Positions 6,567 to 7,121 of a DNA stretch of 7,121 bases are shown one piece after another (position 1 is the first letter of the stretch; each line of letters opens with the position of its first letter). A program made the position numbers and the translations under genes. This DNA is from a virus (taxonomy: Duplodnaviria > Heunggongvirae > Uroviricota > Caudoviricetes). Below the pieces are notes generated by a model. That model ran no database searches. It saw only the letters and a program-made list of their open reading frames with translations, and had not been told where the DNA came from. Location of the stretch: IMG/VR virus record IMGVR_UViG_2579778929_000007; one strand, 5' to 3'.

Positions 6567-7121
6567 ATGCTTATTGGCTATGTATGTGTGTCAACAAATG
6601 ACCAGAACACAGATCTACAACGTAATGCGTTGAACTGTGTAGGATGTGAACTGATTTTTGAAGACAAGATAAGCGGTACGAAGTCCGAAAGGCCCGGACT
6701 GAAAAAACTGCTCAGGACATTATCGGCAGGTGACACTCTGGTTGTCTGGAAGCTGGACAGGTTAGGGCGCAGTATGCGGCATCTTGTTACGCTGATAGAA
6801 GAGTTGCGCCAGCGTGGCGTGAATTTCCGAAGCCTGACTGACAGTATTGATACCAGTACCCCAATGGGCCGTTTCTTTTTTCATGTCATGGGTGCCCTGG
6901 CTGAAATGGAACGAGAACTGATTGTTGAACGAACAAAAGCTGGACTGGAAGCTGCTCGCGCACAGGGACGAATTGGTGGACGTCGTCCCAAACTTACACC
7001 AGAACAATGGGCGCAGGCCGGGCGATTAATTGCATCAGGCGTTCCTCGCCAGAAGGTGGCGATCATCTATGATGTTGGTATATCGACACTGTATAAGAAG
7101 TTTCCGGTCGGAGATAAATGA
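6567..7121 (+). CDS. pin: Site-specific DNA invertase, serine recombinase of the Gin/Pin/Hin/Cin family
   Basis: Translation from ATG 6567 begins MLIGYVCVSTNDQNTDLQRNAL… and contains …VVWKLDRLGRSMRHL… and …SLTDSIDTSTPMGRFFFHVMGALAEMERELIVERT…GRIGGRRPKL…, closely resembling Pin/Gin/Hin invertases as I recall them. GGGAGAG at 6555-6561 is 5 nt before the ATG. The ORF track extends to an upstream ATG at 6531, which I consider less likely. The stop is at the last three bases of the window. Confidence 0.9.
   Translation: MLIGYVCVSTNDQNTDLQRNALNCVGCELIFEDKISGTKSERPGLKKLLRTLSAGDTLVVWKLDRLGRSMRHLVTLIEELRQRGVNFRSLTDSIDTSTPMGRFFFHVMGALAEMERELIVERTKAGLEAARAQGRIGGRRPKLTPEQWAQAGRLIASGVPRQKVAIIYDVGISTLYKKFPVGDK

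Noticed and set aside
1-7121. CRISPR arrays, tRNA/rRNA genes, IS elements or attachment sites
   Set aside because: No direct-repeat/spacer periodicity, no tRNA-like cloverleaf candidates, and no transposase-like ORF or terminal inverted repeats beyond the two invertase sites were seen by eye.

Overview
This window looks like the distal tail/baseplate end of an enterobacterial prophage with a Mu-type baseplate module, of the e14-like kind, ending in a Gin/Pin/Hin-family DNA invertase. From 1 to 4281 there is one co-directional, translationally coupled, high-GC gene string on the + strand: the C-terminal end of an upstream tail protein, a baseplate hub (Mu gp44/P2 gpD-like), a spike (gpV-like), a gp46-like protein, a baseplate J-like protein, a gp48/DUF2313-like protein and the constant N-terminal part of a side tail fibre. 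Between two inverted 26-bp hix/gix/pix-like crossover sites (4256-4281 and 6487-6512) lies a roughly 2.2 kb candidate invertible segment, and the invertase gene sits immediately outside it (6567-7121). The unusual part is the content of that segment. One half carries the expected cassette on the - strand: a glycine-rich fibre tip (5860-6498) and a tail-fibre assembly chaperone (5464-5859). The other half carries not a second fibre tip and chaperone but a strongly AT-rich gene for a GT9-family (heptosyltransferase-like) glycosyltransferase (4371-5453, + strand). In the orientation sequenced here the fibre N-terminal gene stops four codons after the crossover, so the fibre is truncated at 100 aa and the glycosyltransferase lies directly downstream in the late-operon direction. 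Inversion at the central dinucleotides would instead fuse the fibre N-terminus in frame to the glycine-rich tip. I propose this as a candidate invertase-driven switch between a complete tail fibre and a glycosyltransferase cargo. All protein family calls are from reading the translations by eye; no database search or computation was run.
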